Positions 14,197-27,060 of a stretch of 64,000 nucleotides of DNA are shown here, one piece after another; position 1 is the first letter of the stretch, and the number at the start of each line of letters is the position of its first letter. The position numbers and the translations under genes are program-made. Location of the stretch: the NCBI GenBank assembly GCA_951406725.2, contig OX597820.1:5642001-5706000 (forward strand). Reading direction: 5' to 3'. Origin of the DNA: Octopus vulgaris (Eukaryota). The notes below the pieces were generated by a model. The model worked only from the letters and a program-made list of their open reading frames with translations. It made no database searches and was not told the DNA's origin.

Positions 14197-15305
14197 ACCG
14201 CGAGTGTCGCGTTGCTCTCAAGCAACTCTGCCGTCCTGGGTCGACCTTAAGTGACTTCAACACAACCAAAGCATTCTATAGGGGTTTAGTGGAGGGGAGG
14301 TACGACGACGAGCTCGGGGCGAACCTGGACGTCGACGAGGAGTACCTGACCCGCCTGTTCAGGACGACTTTCGGGCCAGGGCCCATGGACAACTTCCAGA
14401 GATCCCTGGCCTGGCAGTGCTACCGAGAAGCGCTACCCGTTCGGGATAAGCTCTACAGACACGGCTCGAGAAACACGGGGCCGACCTGCCCGAGATGCGG
14501 TCAGAGCGACGAAACCGTTCTGCACGCACTCGTTCAGTGTCCAACAATTTCCGACCTGTGGGCTTATGTCGAACAACTGCTGTCACGTGTGGGACGAGTC
14601 GGTTTATCAGCTGAGTCTATCGTTAATATTGTCACGCCTCCTCCTTCAAACGGGAAGGAAGAGCTATTTTCATCATCCTTGTGGCTATGGCGAAAGAATG
14701 TATCTGGTGGACGCGTCTGAAAGGATTGGAGACAAACACTTTCCTCTCTGGTCAATCTCTCATCAACTTCTTCAAGTACCACTTGAAAAGGAAAGTGAGA
14801 GTAGAGAGGCAAGTTTTGTCTAGCGAATGTTTAAAAAAAAGATGGGTGAATGTAGCAAGAATGGCACGTATGAATGACGAAGCCACCTTGAGCATAGTCC
14901 TATGAACCCAGAAATCGAAAACAGAGAGTTGCTTATTTGCAAAAAAAAAAAAAAAAAAAAGAAATATAAAATGTGACTTCATTGACCGAGGTTACCGTGG
15001 TCTTTTCCGTAGGCTTTTCTTTCCACGGGTAAACCTCACCTGTCCTCCCCTTTACACTTCATATTGACATTTCTGTGATAACGATCCCTATTGATCAATT
15101 TTTTTTTTTTTTTTTTTTTTTCCTCTCCCCCTTTTTTTTTAACCCCCTTTTTTTGTCCTCTTTCTCTCCTTTTACGATCCCTTTTGATCGAAACTCCCCC
15201 TTCCTTTTTTTTTTTTTTTTTTTTTTTTTTAAACCTTCAAAAGAAAAGCTCTACCTTGTAATTTGTTCTATCTGTGTGCAGCCCTGTGTGGCTAATAAAG
15301 AAACA
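14197..15305 (+). mobile_element. 5'-truncated L1/Tx1-clade LINE 3' end (CCHC zf-RVT domain plus 3' UTR)
   Basis: ..[43 protein letters not shown], frameshift near 14640, continues AKECIWWTR.. to stop at 14905; T-rich 3' UTR, AATAAA at ~15294, then (TATC)n. Confidence 0.85.
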
Positions 15306-15329
15306 TATCTATCTATCTATCTATCTATC

Positions 15330-16068
15330 TGTACAGTCGGGCAAAGTGCCGCTGAAATGTCTCGCACATCTTGCTGGGCTCGAGCAATTCGCGCCCTTGT
15401 TCATCTACCAGAGACCGAATGGTGGCTTTGTTGCCCTGCTGCGCCTCCGCCACCCGGGCCTCTCTCGCGGCTCCAACACCTTCGTTCCTTAGAGCACGCA
15501 TCCTAGCTCTGACAGCACATCCTTCGTGTTTGGCGTTGAAGTGTTGGTCGAGGGCCAACCTCGCCGCCAAAACGTCGGATGCGATGCCGCTTCTAATTGC
15601 CTCTTCTAGCTTCTTAACTAGCTCACCCTCTACTCTATTTCTATCTATGGCTAGTGCTTTGCTGTACCTAATCGCTTCTGCTTTTACTGCTCTCTTGAGG
15701 GCAAACCACCATTTGTTGTTGATGATGGCTCCCGTCAAAGCCCTCTTTACTAGTGTGCTAATCCGGTCTCTGAAAATTTGTCTGGACGGGAATGATGCGT
15801 TCAGTTTCCAGTACCCAGGACCCTGTCGATGTGCCTTATCTAAGTCTAGCGTACACGTCACGAATTTGTGATCCGTGTAGCTGACTGTATGGAATTGTGG
15901 ACATCCTAAATTATCCTTGTCTACTGTCCTACACAGTATCCTATCTAGATACGATCTCGACGACCCACTGCGGTTGCTCCATGTCCACGTTGGTGCATGT
16001 CCTCTAGGGGTTAAAATTTGTAGTAACGTCGGTTCGAACGGAACAGCCATGCTGAAGTGGCGAAAAAC
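15330..16068 (-). mobile_element. L1/Tx1-clade LINE ORF2 internal fragment (APE endonuclease C-terminus plus linker)
   Basis: Open frame PTWTWSN..SRSYLDRILC..YTDHKFVTC..GPGYWKLNASF, the end of an AP-endonuclease domain followed by the L1/Tx1 'WKLN' motif. Confidence 0.85.
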
Positions 16069-16082
16069 ATTATATGTATATA

Positions 16083-16400
16083 TCATCTTCATCATCATCA
16101 TCGTTTAACGTCCGTTTTCCATGCTAGCATAGGTTGGACGGTTCGACCGGGGTCTGGGAAGCCAGGAAGCTGCACCAGGCACCAGTATGATCTGGTAGTG
16201 TTTCTACAGTTGGATGCCCTTCCTAACGCCAACCACTCCGAGAGTGTAGCGGGTGCTTTTTACGTGCCACAGGCACAGGGGCCAAAGGAGACTGGCAAAC
16301 GGCCACGATCGGTTGGTGCTTTTACGTGTCACCGACACGGATGCCAGGTGGCGCTGGCATCTGCCACGTTCGGACGGTGCTTTTCTTTTTACGTGTCACC
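16083..16400 (-). mobile_element. SINE 3' part with Meta-domain-like core and (GAT)n tail
   Basis: Minus strand GGTTGGCGTTAGGAAGGGCATCCAACTGTAGAAA ... GCATGGAAAACGGACGTTAAACGATGATGA; family assignment from memory. Confidence 0.6.
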
Positions 16401-16441
16401 TGCACGGGTGTCTTAACTACTATTTCCATTCAGTTTTCATT

Positions 16442-16489
<48 letters not shown>

Positions 16490-16493
<4 letters not shown>

Positions 16494-17221
16494 AATGAAC
16501 TTACTGTCTCTCCCTCCCTCTCTCTTATTCTTCATTCTTTCTGGTTTTCTCTACAACCATTCCTCTTTTTTCTCTCCCCTTCCCTTTCTCTTACTCCTCC
16601 TCCCCTGTCCCGTCGCTGGTCAGCGATGAGGAAACTAATGTCTTTTCTGACCTTGCTTCACTCGAGTGTAGACGGCAATTTCTGTGGCTCCTTCGCCGTT
16701 CTCAAAAATAGCGTTCCTAATATTTTATCTCGTTCGGCTTAACACCCCTTCTTATCTGTGTTACTGTTATTCTCCTTGTCCTGTCTTTTACTGTTTATAT
16801 TTTGTACTGTCGTTACTGTCCTGTTTTTGTTACCATTTTTACCCCTCCGCAAAAAATCTCAAATTTTATTTAATTTGCTTTTCGCGGGAAGGAATGTTTC
16901 AGTCGAAGACGCGTCTCGCCTTCACCTTCGAAACGCGGAGTAGATGAAACCATGGCGACTGAAGAAGGGGAATTTTCCTTGTGTTATTTGTCCTGTACTC
17001 TATTTTTTCGTTGTTTAAGAAAAAAGTCCATTTCCTTGGTTTTGTGTTTATGTTTTCGTTTCTTATTGTGTTCGACGTTTTTTGGTGTCCTGTACCCATA
17101 TATGCGTGTATGTATACATGTAGAGGTAGGTACGTACATATATGTATATATATATGCATATGTTTTATTTATTAATTTGTTATTATACGACAGAACGCAC
17201 GCATCCATTTCTAAGTAAGTT

Positions 17222-17228
<7 letters not shown>
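16490..17228 (+). mobile_element. Ribozyme-bearing non-autonomous repeat family B, copy 1, between (TA)n runs
   Basis: Colinear with 36130-36665; shared CCGCAAA..TTTGCGGGA-type hairpin and GCATCCATTTC.AAGTAAGT end. Confidence 0.75.
16910..16970 (+). ncRNA. Non-circularly permuted hammerhead ribozyme motif (family B)
   Basis: CGCGU-C-UCGCC / UUCA / CCUUC-GAAA-CGCG / 16-nt linker / GGCGA-CUGAAGA-A-GGGG: stem III CGCGU:ACGCG, stem I UCGCC:GGCGA, stem II CUUC:GGGG. Confidence 0.7.
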
Positions 17229-17253
<25 letters not shown>

Positions 17254-17314
17254 GTTTATCTATGTATGTTTCTGTTGTCTCTTTCTGTGTGTGTATGTAT
17301 ATATACATATGAGT

Positions 17315-17465
17315 CTAGGACATTTACCCCAAATTGACAATAACCCACCAAGGACAATTACCCCTGAGGATAACAAATGATGATTTAAAACTTCTTAATA
17401 TATTGGGGAGGGGGTAATTAACAAAGAGTGGGCAATTGTCCTAGGGGTCGCGTAATTGTCCTGAT
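17315..17465. mobile_element. Small MITE-like element with inverted GGACAATTACCCC sub-repeats
   Basis: GGACATTTACCCC and GGACAATTACCCC on the left; GGGGTAATT, GGGCAATTGTCC and GTAATTGTCC on the right. Confidence 0.55.
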
Positions 17466-17769
17466 ACGATGCATACACATATGCATATCTTTTGTCTCTC
17501 TACCTATATATAATTATATATATGTGTGTGTATGTGTGTGCTTGGGCGCTCGTGTGTGCATGTGTGCGTGTGTGTTTTGTGTGTGCGTGCGTGAGAGCGT
17601 TTGCGTTCCCTATATATATATATATAACTGTCACACCCGCGAGGGATCGATGCTAGATGTATCGAAACAATTGTCGTGATTAATAATACGTTCTCGTATA
17701 TTCCATCTTCCGTCTCTTATTTCCACACACACACACATACATGTAAATATATATATATAGTTTGTAAAC

Positions 17770-17847
<78 letters not shown>

Positions 17848-17851
17848 TAAA

Positions 17852-17925
<74 letters not shown>

Positions 17926-17929
17926 TAAC

Positions 17930-17991
<62 letters not shown>

Positions 17992-17993
<2 letters not shown>

Positions 17994-18135
17994 TCGAAAA
18001 ATATCTTAGGAATGAGAACCCAGGTTCGAAATTTTCCCCAAGACACCTGATGTAGACTGGAGGGTATATTAGCCGAAACGCTGTGTTAACAGCAAACAAG
18101 ATGAAAGACAAATATCCATCATATGTAAATAATGC
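17992..18135 (+). mobile_element. PLE-type terminal fragment with decayed type I hammerhead (18043-18086)
   Basis: ACAC-CTGATGT-A-GACTGG..TTAGCC-GAAA-CGCT-GTGT; follows a long (AAT)n. Confidence 0.55.
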
Positions 18136-18959
18136 AATTTTTTTTCGTTTAAAGCTTAGTGTGGCTACCTTTCTTATTTCTTATGGGTTAAATCTAAAAA
18201 AAAAAAAATGAAAATTACATGTGTTACATGTTAAAAAGTGTATAGTTTAATGTTATTTGTTTCCACGAGATAGTCAGAAAAGGAGCGGCAGGAAGTAGCT
18301 TTACGTTAACCCAAATCCTCGCAACAACAAAGTCCACTAAAGACACCCAAGGACCAAGAATTAAAACTAATATTAGACATAAGTGAATATAGTACCCAAA
18401 AACAGAAAGGTTTCTTCTTCCATCCTCCTATTCAGTTCCCATTTACCAAACTTTACTCATAAGACTGTTCCACACGGTACTGCTCTAGATTTCGCAGACT
18501 CAAGGTGCTGTGTAGTGAAATTGAACTAGTAACCACCTCGTTACCAAGAAAACTGCTAAGCTACACAACCATAGCTGTGTTCTGTGTTTGCTTAGTGTTG
18601 CTTAAATATTATCCTATTTATATTTCCGTCTATATTGTTTTGAAAAACAAGAGAAAGTTATTGTCACTGCTATCTGCTTTCTCTAGGGATGTGACTTTGT
18701 GCTGTTGACTGTCAGAAAACATTTTTAACACAGGTTTTATGACAATTTCCTGCTTCAATAACAGAGAAGATATTTATCAGATTTAACATTCAATAGGTCG
18801 TCTAACTATGTGACACGTGAATAAATAGGAACCGAGTGAATGGGGGAGAGAAAAGAAGAACACAAAAGAAACTCACAAAACATCTTTTGACTGGCGAGAG
18901 GGATTGTGCGAAGAGAACTATTTAAATATCGTTGGGTTGGTTCGGCTATGAGTGGAGCG

Positions 18960-19490
18960 GGGTCGTGGTTGTCGTCTGGGTTGCTGTAGAGGGCTGTTAG
19001 TTGCTGTTTGTGTCACAGTGGAGGTGAGTTGACTGTTGCGCGTTGGTTGCTGTTGGTGGTGTTGTAGTGAGGGTGTGATTGTTGCTGTTTGCGCTGTAGC
19101 AGAGGCGCAGTAGCTGTTGTTTGTGTTGTAGTAGAGGTATGGTGGTTGCTGTTTGTATTGTAGTAGAGGAATAGTGGTTGTTGTTTGCGTGGTAGTAGAG
19201 GTGTGGTTGTTATTGTTTGAGTTGTAGTAGAGGTATGGTTGTTGCTGTTTGTGTTGTAGTAGAGGTGTGGTGGTTATTGTTTGTGCTGTATTAGAGGTGT
19301 GGTGGTCATAGTTTATGTTGTAGTAGAGGTGTAGCGGTTGCTTGTGTTACTGTAGAGATGAGTTGACCGTTGTGTACTGGTTGTTGTTTGTGTTGTAGTA
19401 GATGTTTGGTGGTTGTTGTTTATGTTACAGTTGAGATGTGGTCATTGTTTGTGCTGCAGCAGTTGTGTGCTGGTTGTTGTTTGTGTTAAA
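18960..19490. repeat. Degenerate ~32-bp minisatellite (GTTGCTGTTTGTGTTGTAGTAGAGGTGTGGTG-like)
   Basis: Unit visibly repeated more than ten times. Confidence 0.85.
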
Positions 19491-19569
19491 GTACACCGCA
19501 ACAACAAGAACTGAACGATCTGGGTCTTCATAAGGTCGCAGAACAGATTAGAAATAGGAACCAAAATGA

Positions 19570-19985
19570 AGGCGGTGAGCTGGCAGAGTCGTTAGCACGC
19601 CGGGCGAAATGCTTAGCCGTATTTCGTCTGCTGTTACATTCTGAGTTCAAATTCCACCGGGTCGACTTTAACTTTCATTCTTTCGGGGTTGATAAACTAA
19701 GTACCAGTTACGCACTGGGGTCGATGTAATCGACTTAATCCGTTTGTCTGTCCTTGTTTGTCCCCTCTGTGTTTAGCCCCTTGTGGGTAGTAAAGAAATA
19801 GGTGTTTCGTCTGCCGCTACGTTCTGAGTTCAAATTCCGCGGAGATCGACTTTGCCTTTCATCCCTTCGGGGTCGATTAAATAAGTACCAGTTACGCACG
19901 GGGGTTGATATAATCGACTTAATCCGTTTGTTTGTTCTTGTTTGTCCCCTCTGTGTGTAGCCCCTTGTGGGCAGTATAGAAATAA
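19570..19985 (+). mobile_element. Nin/Deu-domain tRNA SINE (family N), head plus duplicated body
   Basis: GGCGGTGAGCTGGCAGAGTCGTTAG..GAGTTCAAATTCC..TTTCATCCCTTCGGGGTCGATTAAATAAGTACCAG..CCCCTTGTGGG twice. Confidence 0.85.
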
Positions 19986-20203
19986 AATAAGAAATAGTAA
20001 CCAAATCTCCGCTAAAACGTTTCCTACTATCCAAAAAAAAAAAAAAGAAAAAGAAAATGTCGTGTTCATTATATGTGTATAAAAAGAGAGAGGATGGTCA
20101 CGACTGGATTCATTTTGATCAATGGTCTGTTTAATCTGGTCGAAAAATTTACATATCAGCTTTCAATTATGTAAATTTTGTGAAGTAAGAAACACACGCA
20201 TAC

Positions 20204-20291
20204 GTGAGTAACGTGCGCACGCGTACACACAACACACACACACACACACACACTCACACACACACATACACACACATACATACACAACACA

Positions 20292-20348
<57 letters not shown>

Positions 20349-20470
20349 ACACATACACACACACACACACATACACACACACAACACACATACACAACAC
20401 ACACACACACACACACACAACACACACACACACAACACACACACACACAAACACACACACACAACACATA
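20204..20470. repeat. (CA)n compound microsatellite
   Basis: Direct reading. Confidence 0.95.
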
Positions 20471-20579
20471 TGTCAAGTGATTTGATTGGTCTATCGCTCT
20501 GACCATTATACGTGCTTGCAGCAGTTTCATCGTCGAAATATCTTTAAATTGACTTCTTTCGAAGATATTTTATGATCAA

Positions 20580-20963
20580 CTAGCAGTATCGCCCGGCGTT
20601 GCTCGGGTTTGTAAGGGAAATAACTATATAAGCATTTTTAGAGATGTAAAGTATAATAGCCATCTCAATATGGCTAACCACAAAGGGGGGGGGTACTGTA
20701 GCTTTTTACGTTCTGAGATTTAATAATAAATTTTTAGAGAGTTACTTCCCTTATATATGCCAAAAATGCATTAAAAATGGAAAAAATTGATGGTAATTTT
20801 TTTTTTAAATCGTAGACGCGCGCTAATACCCAGAAGGGCTCGATATGAATCACGACTATAAGATACCCGGTTTTGGTTAAAATGCACCGCAAAATGTGGG
20901 AGTAGTTAGGAATCTAAATCGTAGGAGACAGACAGCACACAACCTCACTTTTATATATAAAGA
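20580..20963 (-). mobile_element. Non-autonomous Helitron
   Basis: Minus strand begins A|TCTTTATATATAAAAG and ends ACCCGAGCAACGCCGGGCGATACTGCTAG|T (3' hairpin plus CTAG, A|T target); second copy at 44035-44423. Confidence 0.85.
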
Positions 20964-21244
20964 TTTTATTGTTGAATATATTCGACAATAAAATGAATGT
21001 GTGAGTATTTGGCTATCGTTGTCTGTTTGGAAGAGTACATGTGTGTCTCTGCATTAGTTTCTGCATGTGCTTGTATACTTGTGTGTGTGTGTGTGTGTGA
21101 GTGTGTGTGTGTGCCTGTGTGTGTGTGGGGGAATGAGTGTGTGTGTGTGTGATCCAATTGTCGTTTGAATGTCGGATGAAAGGATTTGTGTGTTCCGACT
21201 TGTCGAGTTCCGAGGTCGAAAGTTAAAATAAAACAAAAACAAGA

Positions 21245-21725
<481 letters not shown>

Positions 21726-22069
21726 TATGCAAAAGTGTCGTAAGTCCAAAACGTTGCGTTTTCAGAAAACGAAAAAAGAAGAAAAGAACGAGGGCATTCG
21801 AAAACTGTGACAGGCTTTTAAATTCGTTAGACAAATGTGTTTGTATATGTTCGTTTGTTTCGCTGGCTTATTCAGAGGAGTATGTGGGGGGGGGGGGGCG
21901 AGTATTCTTGGCACTTTTCAGGGAAAGGATGTTATTCACAGACCGGAGACATAACCGGAATAACTCTAACAGATTAGACTCCATTAAAGGGACCCTACTA
22001 GTAGTAATATCCATGGGAACCTATGACATCTACCAGCAATAAATAAATAAAAAAATAAAGACGCAAAAG

Positions 22070-22236
22070 AGGTGCAGGAGTGGCTGTGTGGCAAGTAGAT
22101 TGCTTACCAGCCACATGGTTCCGGGTTCAGTCCCACTGCGTGGCACCTTGGGCAAGTGTCGTCTGCTATAGCCTCGGGCTGACCAAAGCCAGCCTTGTGA
22201 GTGGATTTGGTAGACGGAAACTGAAAGAAACTCGTC

Positions 22237-22328
<92 letters not shown>

Positions 22329-22580
22329 GTGTGTGTGTGTGTGTGTAGATATATGCATACATACATATATATATATATGTGTGTTTGTCTCCGTCCCCCA
22401 CTATCGCTTGACAACCGATGTTGGCCTATTTACGACCCTGTAACGTAGCGGTTCTGCAAAAGGTACCGATAGAATAAGTACTAGGTTTACCAAGGAAAAG
22501 TGCTGGGATCGATTTGCTCAACTAAAGGCGGTGTTCCAGCATGGCCGCAATGAAATGACTGAAACAAATAAATGAATAAA
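22070..22580 (+). mobile_element. SINE family A
   Basis: GGTGCAGGAGTGGCTGTGTGG..GGTTCAGTCCC; internal (TA)n; tail. Confidence 0.9.
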
Positions 22581-23255
22581 CCCAAACAAAAAATTTTCTA
22601 CCCGATCGGAATTTGAACCCAGAACGTACAGATGAACGAAATGCCGCTAAGCATTGAGTCCGCTGTGCTAACGAGTCTGCCATGACGTCGCCTTGTTCGC
22701 CGTCCACCATATTATTACACGGGTTCTATCTACCGCAGTGAACTTACAACATTTTCGTCATCCCGTGCCTAGTTATTTTCATTGAATTCACTGCGCTGTG
22801 AAATCGAACCCCACACCTCGTAGCAGTCAAGTAAATCGTATTAACTACACAGCCATCATTGGCACCCCGATCCCAGCCAAATTTCCATTGCGTATTTAAG
22901 CGTGCAGAGAAAAGGAGAACGTAATCAAATTTGAAAGAAGTTCAAGATAAGTTTCATAATGAATTTTCAGTTAGTAAAAGCTTCGGTAGCTATAGAAGCG
23001 TGTCTTGGTGTTATCATGAGATGAAAGTACCGGGATGTAAGCTATTAGTGTCAGGAAGAAGGCCATTCTCAAAACAACAGCTAATTGTTTAGACATTAGC
23101 AACAGAAGATCCGAACAGACAAAATATACGGGTGGCAACTTCACTAAATTCTTTCCAGATTATATGTTTACAATTTGGTTTGTAAAGTGACATCACTTAG
23201 AGTCGAAAAAGCATACATAACTACACGCTTATATACACAGACACGAGCGCAGACA

Positions 23256-23301
<46 letters not shown>

Positions 23302-23595
23302 CATACATACGAAGGTTTACGTATACACACACACACACACACATACACCCATATATGTAAGTATAAATGGATATGTATATATGTATGCATGAATGTTTAT
23401 GCGTCAATCTATGTGTGTGTGTATATATATATATATGTGCATACATATGTGCGTGTGTATGTGTATACGTATATATACATATATATGCATATGTATGCAT
23501 GTCTATGAACATATATGTGTGGGTATATGCGTACATATGCATACGAATATGTATGTCCATATAAATACGTGCGTATATAAGTACTTACTGTCTTC

Positions 23596-23714
<119 letters not shown>

Positions 23715-23755
23715 GTATCTATGTCTATATATATATTCACACACACATATATGTT

Positions 23756-23794
<39 letters not shown>

Positions 23795-23797
<3 letters not shown>

Positions 23798-24060
23798 CAA
23801 AATGGGACAAGAACGCAAAAGATACAAATAGACGATACAAAAAACACGGAGGGGCCTTCGAAGCCTCTAATCTTCAGTCAAGAACCGGATCATCCTCGCA
23901 ATTTCGGCTGATTAATCTTGAAATTGCTCCAATCTGGCCAGTCCCAAGGAATAACTAAGCTACGAGCATTAGATTTCTTGGAAAAAAGCTTCGAATGTAT
24001 ACGAAACAAGGACAGAAAAACGGACGATGTTTCACGAATATAAATACAAAAAACCCCCAA
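23795..24060 (-). mobile_element. Ribozyme-bearing repeat family H, dispersed copy
   Basis: Reverse complement of 51405-51665; homologous to part of the 769-bp unit. Confidence 0.8.
23862..23928 (-). ncRNA. Non-circularly permuted hammerhead motif (family H)
   Basis: Minus strand: GCAAU-U-UCAAGA / UUAAUC / AGCC-GAAA-UUGC / GAGGAUGAUCCGGU / UCUUGA-CUGAAGA-UUAGA-GGCU. Confidence 0.65.
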
Positions 24061-24087
24061 AAAATAATACGAATATAAATACAGATT

Positions 24088-24460
24088 GGTGCAGAAGTGG
24101 ATGTGTGGTAAGAACCTTGCTTCCCGACCATATTGTTATGGGTTCAGTCCCACTGCTTGGCACTTTGGGCAAATGTCTTCCACTACATCCTCGGGCCGAC
24201 CAAATCCTTGTGAGTGGATTTTGTAGACGGAAACGGAAAGAAGCCCGTCGTCGTATATATGTATATACTTGTATTTGTCTTCCAACATCGCTTGGCAACC
24301 GATGTCGGAGTGTTTACGTCCCCGTAACGCACCGGTTCGGCAAAGGTGAGAGTAGAATAAATTTCTAAGGTTACAAAGAATAAGTCCTGAGTTCGATTTC
24401 TTTGCCTAAAGGTGGTGCTCCAGCATGGCTGCGGTTAAATGAATGAAACAAATAAAAGAA
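24088..24460 (+). mobile_element. SINE family A (diverged)
   Basis: Head and tail similarity to other copies. Confidence 0.8.
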
Positions 24461-24509
24461 TAATATATATATATATATACACGTAAATACACGTAGATAT
24501 GTATATACA

Positions 24510-24925
24510 TTTCTTTATTGCCCACAAGGGGCTAAACATAGAGGGGATAAACAAGGACAGACAAAGGAATTGAGTCGATTATATCGACCCCAGTGCGAAA
24601 CTGGTACTTTATTTATCGACCCCGAAAGGATGACAGGCAATGTCGACCTCGGCGGAATTTGAACTCACAACGTAACGGCAGACGAAATACCTATTTCTTT
24701 ACTACCCACAAGGGGCTAAACATAGAGAGGACAAACAAGGACAGACACACGGATTAAGTCGATTATATCGACCCCAGTGCTTAACTGGTACTTAATTTAT
24801 CGACCCCCGAAAGGATGAAAGGCAAAGTCGACCTCGGCGGAATTCGAACTCAGAACGTAACGGCAGACGAAATACCGCTAAGCATTTCGCCCGACGTGCT
24901 AACGTGTCTGCCAGCTCACCGCCCT
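24510..24925 (-). mobile_element. Nin/Deu-domain SINE family N with duplicated body
   Basis: Reverse complement of the 19570-19985 architecture. Confidence 0.85.
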
Positions 24926-25340
24926 ATATATGTATATATATGTATGTGTATGTGTGTGTGTGTATGTATGACAGTGCCCTGTATTTCATGAGAGTCTTTT
25001 GTGAAACAGTTTCCTTTGATTAAGAAAGTCACCAAAAACCTAACTTAGAAATAAAAGAATGTAAAGGCGTAAACAACGGTTTCTAATTTAACCATTTGTC
25101 TGCAATATTTCGTTTATAAAACAGTCGGAGCCTAAGCAGAAGAGAATGGTTACGTTGCTCTGATTTGGTGTTGGTGGGGTGGGGGTGGGGTGGGAGTGGG
25201 GGCAATATCAGTGATTCTATTAACTAATTAACGACATGCAGTTCTTGTCTGTTGTTCAGTTTCAACAACAACTGTTTAATCAAACGTCTTTGATAATATT
25301 CCCAGAGGTAGGAGATAACGTTTGTGTGTGTGCGTGTGTG

Positions 25341-25395
<55 letters not shown>

Positions 25396-25450
25396 CATAT
25401 ATACATATAAACATATACATATACATATATATATATATATACATATATAC

Positions 25451-25593
<143 letters not shown>

Positions 25594-25799
25594 CTTATAT
25601 ATAGATATGTGTACATATATATATATGGATATGTATATGTATATATATATATGCATGTTTGTGTGTGTTTGTATATATACATACACATATGTAAGCATAC
25701 ATACAAACATACACATGTATATGTATTCACATACACACACATTCAGGCATAGAATCTGACGCACAAACTTATATTGTCGTCGAGACACGTGTATGTATG

Positions 25800-25935
25800 T
25801 ATTCTGCAAGTGCTCCAACCTTATTGCAGCCCTTATTTGTTCCACGTACTTCTCGAGAGTTTTGCTCACTGTTTCCAGGGCTCCGACAATTATTGGTACT
25901 ACTGCTACCTTTTTCATCAACCACAAGCTAAGCCG
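25800..25935 (-). pseudogene. R4/Dong C-terminal (restriction-like endonuclease region) fragment
   Basis: [35 protein letters not shown]; adjoins (TAA)n at 25943-26080. Confidence 0.7.
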
Positions 25936-25940
25936 TCATA

Positions 25941-25997
<57 letters not shown>

Positions 25998-26020
25998 CAT
26001 TATCATCATCATCATCATCA

Positions 26021-26079
<59 letters not shown>

Positions 26080-26659
26080 TGTTCTTTAACCGAAGATGCC
26101 CTGTGTGTACTGCCCCACCCACTCAGGGGTATTTTATTTATTTATTTTTCTGAATTCTTCTTTCATATATATATATATATATATATTTTCTAATTTTTGT
26201 TTTTGTTATTTTCCCCCTTTGATCAATATAAACCCTACCTTTATTTTTCTCCCTTATATTACATCTTTTGATGTTGCCCTCAATATCTTAGGTCCTTGTG
26301 GCCAATAAACGAAATCATTATTATTAAAGCAGTGAGCTGGCAGAATCCCTAGAGTATCAGACGAAAATGCTTGCCGTATTGCATACGGCTCTTTACGTTC
26401 TGAGTTCAAATACCACCGCAGACATCTTCGACTTTTATCTTTTCGGGGGTCGACGAAATAAAGTGCCAGTGAAACACCAGGGTAGAGTATAACTGACAAA
26501 ACCCCTCCCTCTAAGACTGCTTGCTTTGTTCCAATATTTGAAGAAAAGATTATTATTGAATAACATTATGTAGGCGCTATGCGACCTCAAAATCTAAAGG
26601 AGCGCAACTTAACATCAATCCTTTTTCCCACTAATATTTCTGCCACCCAACAACCCGTA

Positions 26660-27060
26660 AATAATTGATTTAATACTAAGTACAAGTCAATCTCGAGCCG
26701 AACAAGATAATATTCAAATATCTTGTTGTGGCCAGTGAAATGAAAAGTTGTTTATTTTGAAACCTTCCTCGCCACCGAAATATTGAAAGTATATTTATTA
26801 ACGCATTTCGATTTTCATTTACATTCACTTCGATGTCTTCTTCACCAAAGTTCCGATTAACTTTCATCTCGTTATTAATCTTGTTTGTCCACAGCTTTCT
26901 TGTAACTTTCTTTTGTGCTATTGACTTTTAATGAACGAACTCTTTACAATTTGTTGGAAAACTAATAATTTTTAGCAATTTTCATCAAACGATCGAGATA
27001 TGTCGGTGGAAAAATAGTTTGCTTTGAAATCTCTTTAACATATCCATTCCTCCGCCATCG
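26660..27060 (-). pseudogene. Probable highly decayed PLE RT N-terminal fragment
   Basis: ..KINNEMKVNRNFGEEDIEVNVNENRNALINI.. resembles PLE 'IN.E.K..A..L.I.DRIE....AFITLKDHK'; weak. Confidence 0.35.

Noticed and set aside
13425-14720. 431-aa ORF as a host gene
   Set aside because: The first ~255 codons are stop-free TA/TATC microsatellite and flanking sequence fused by chance to a LINE 3' fragment.
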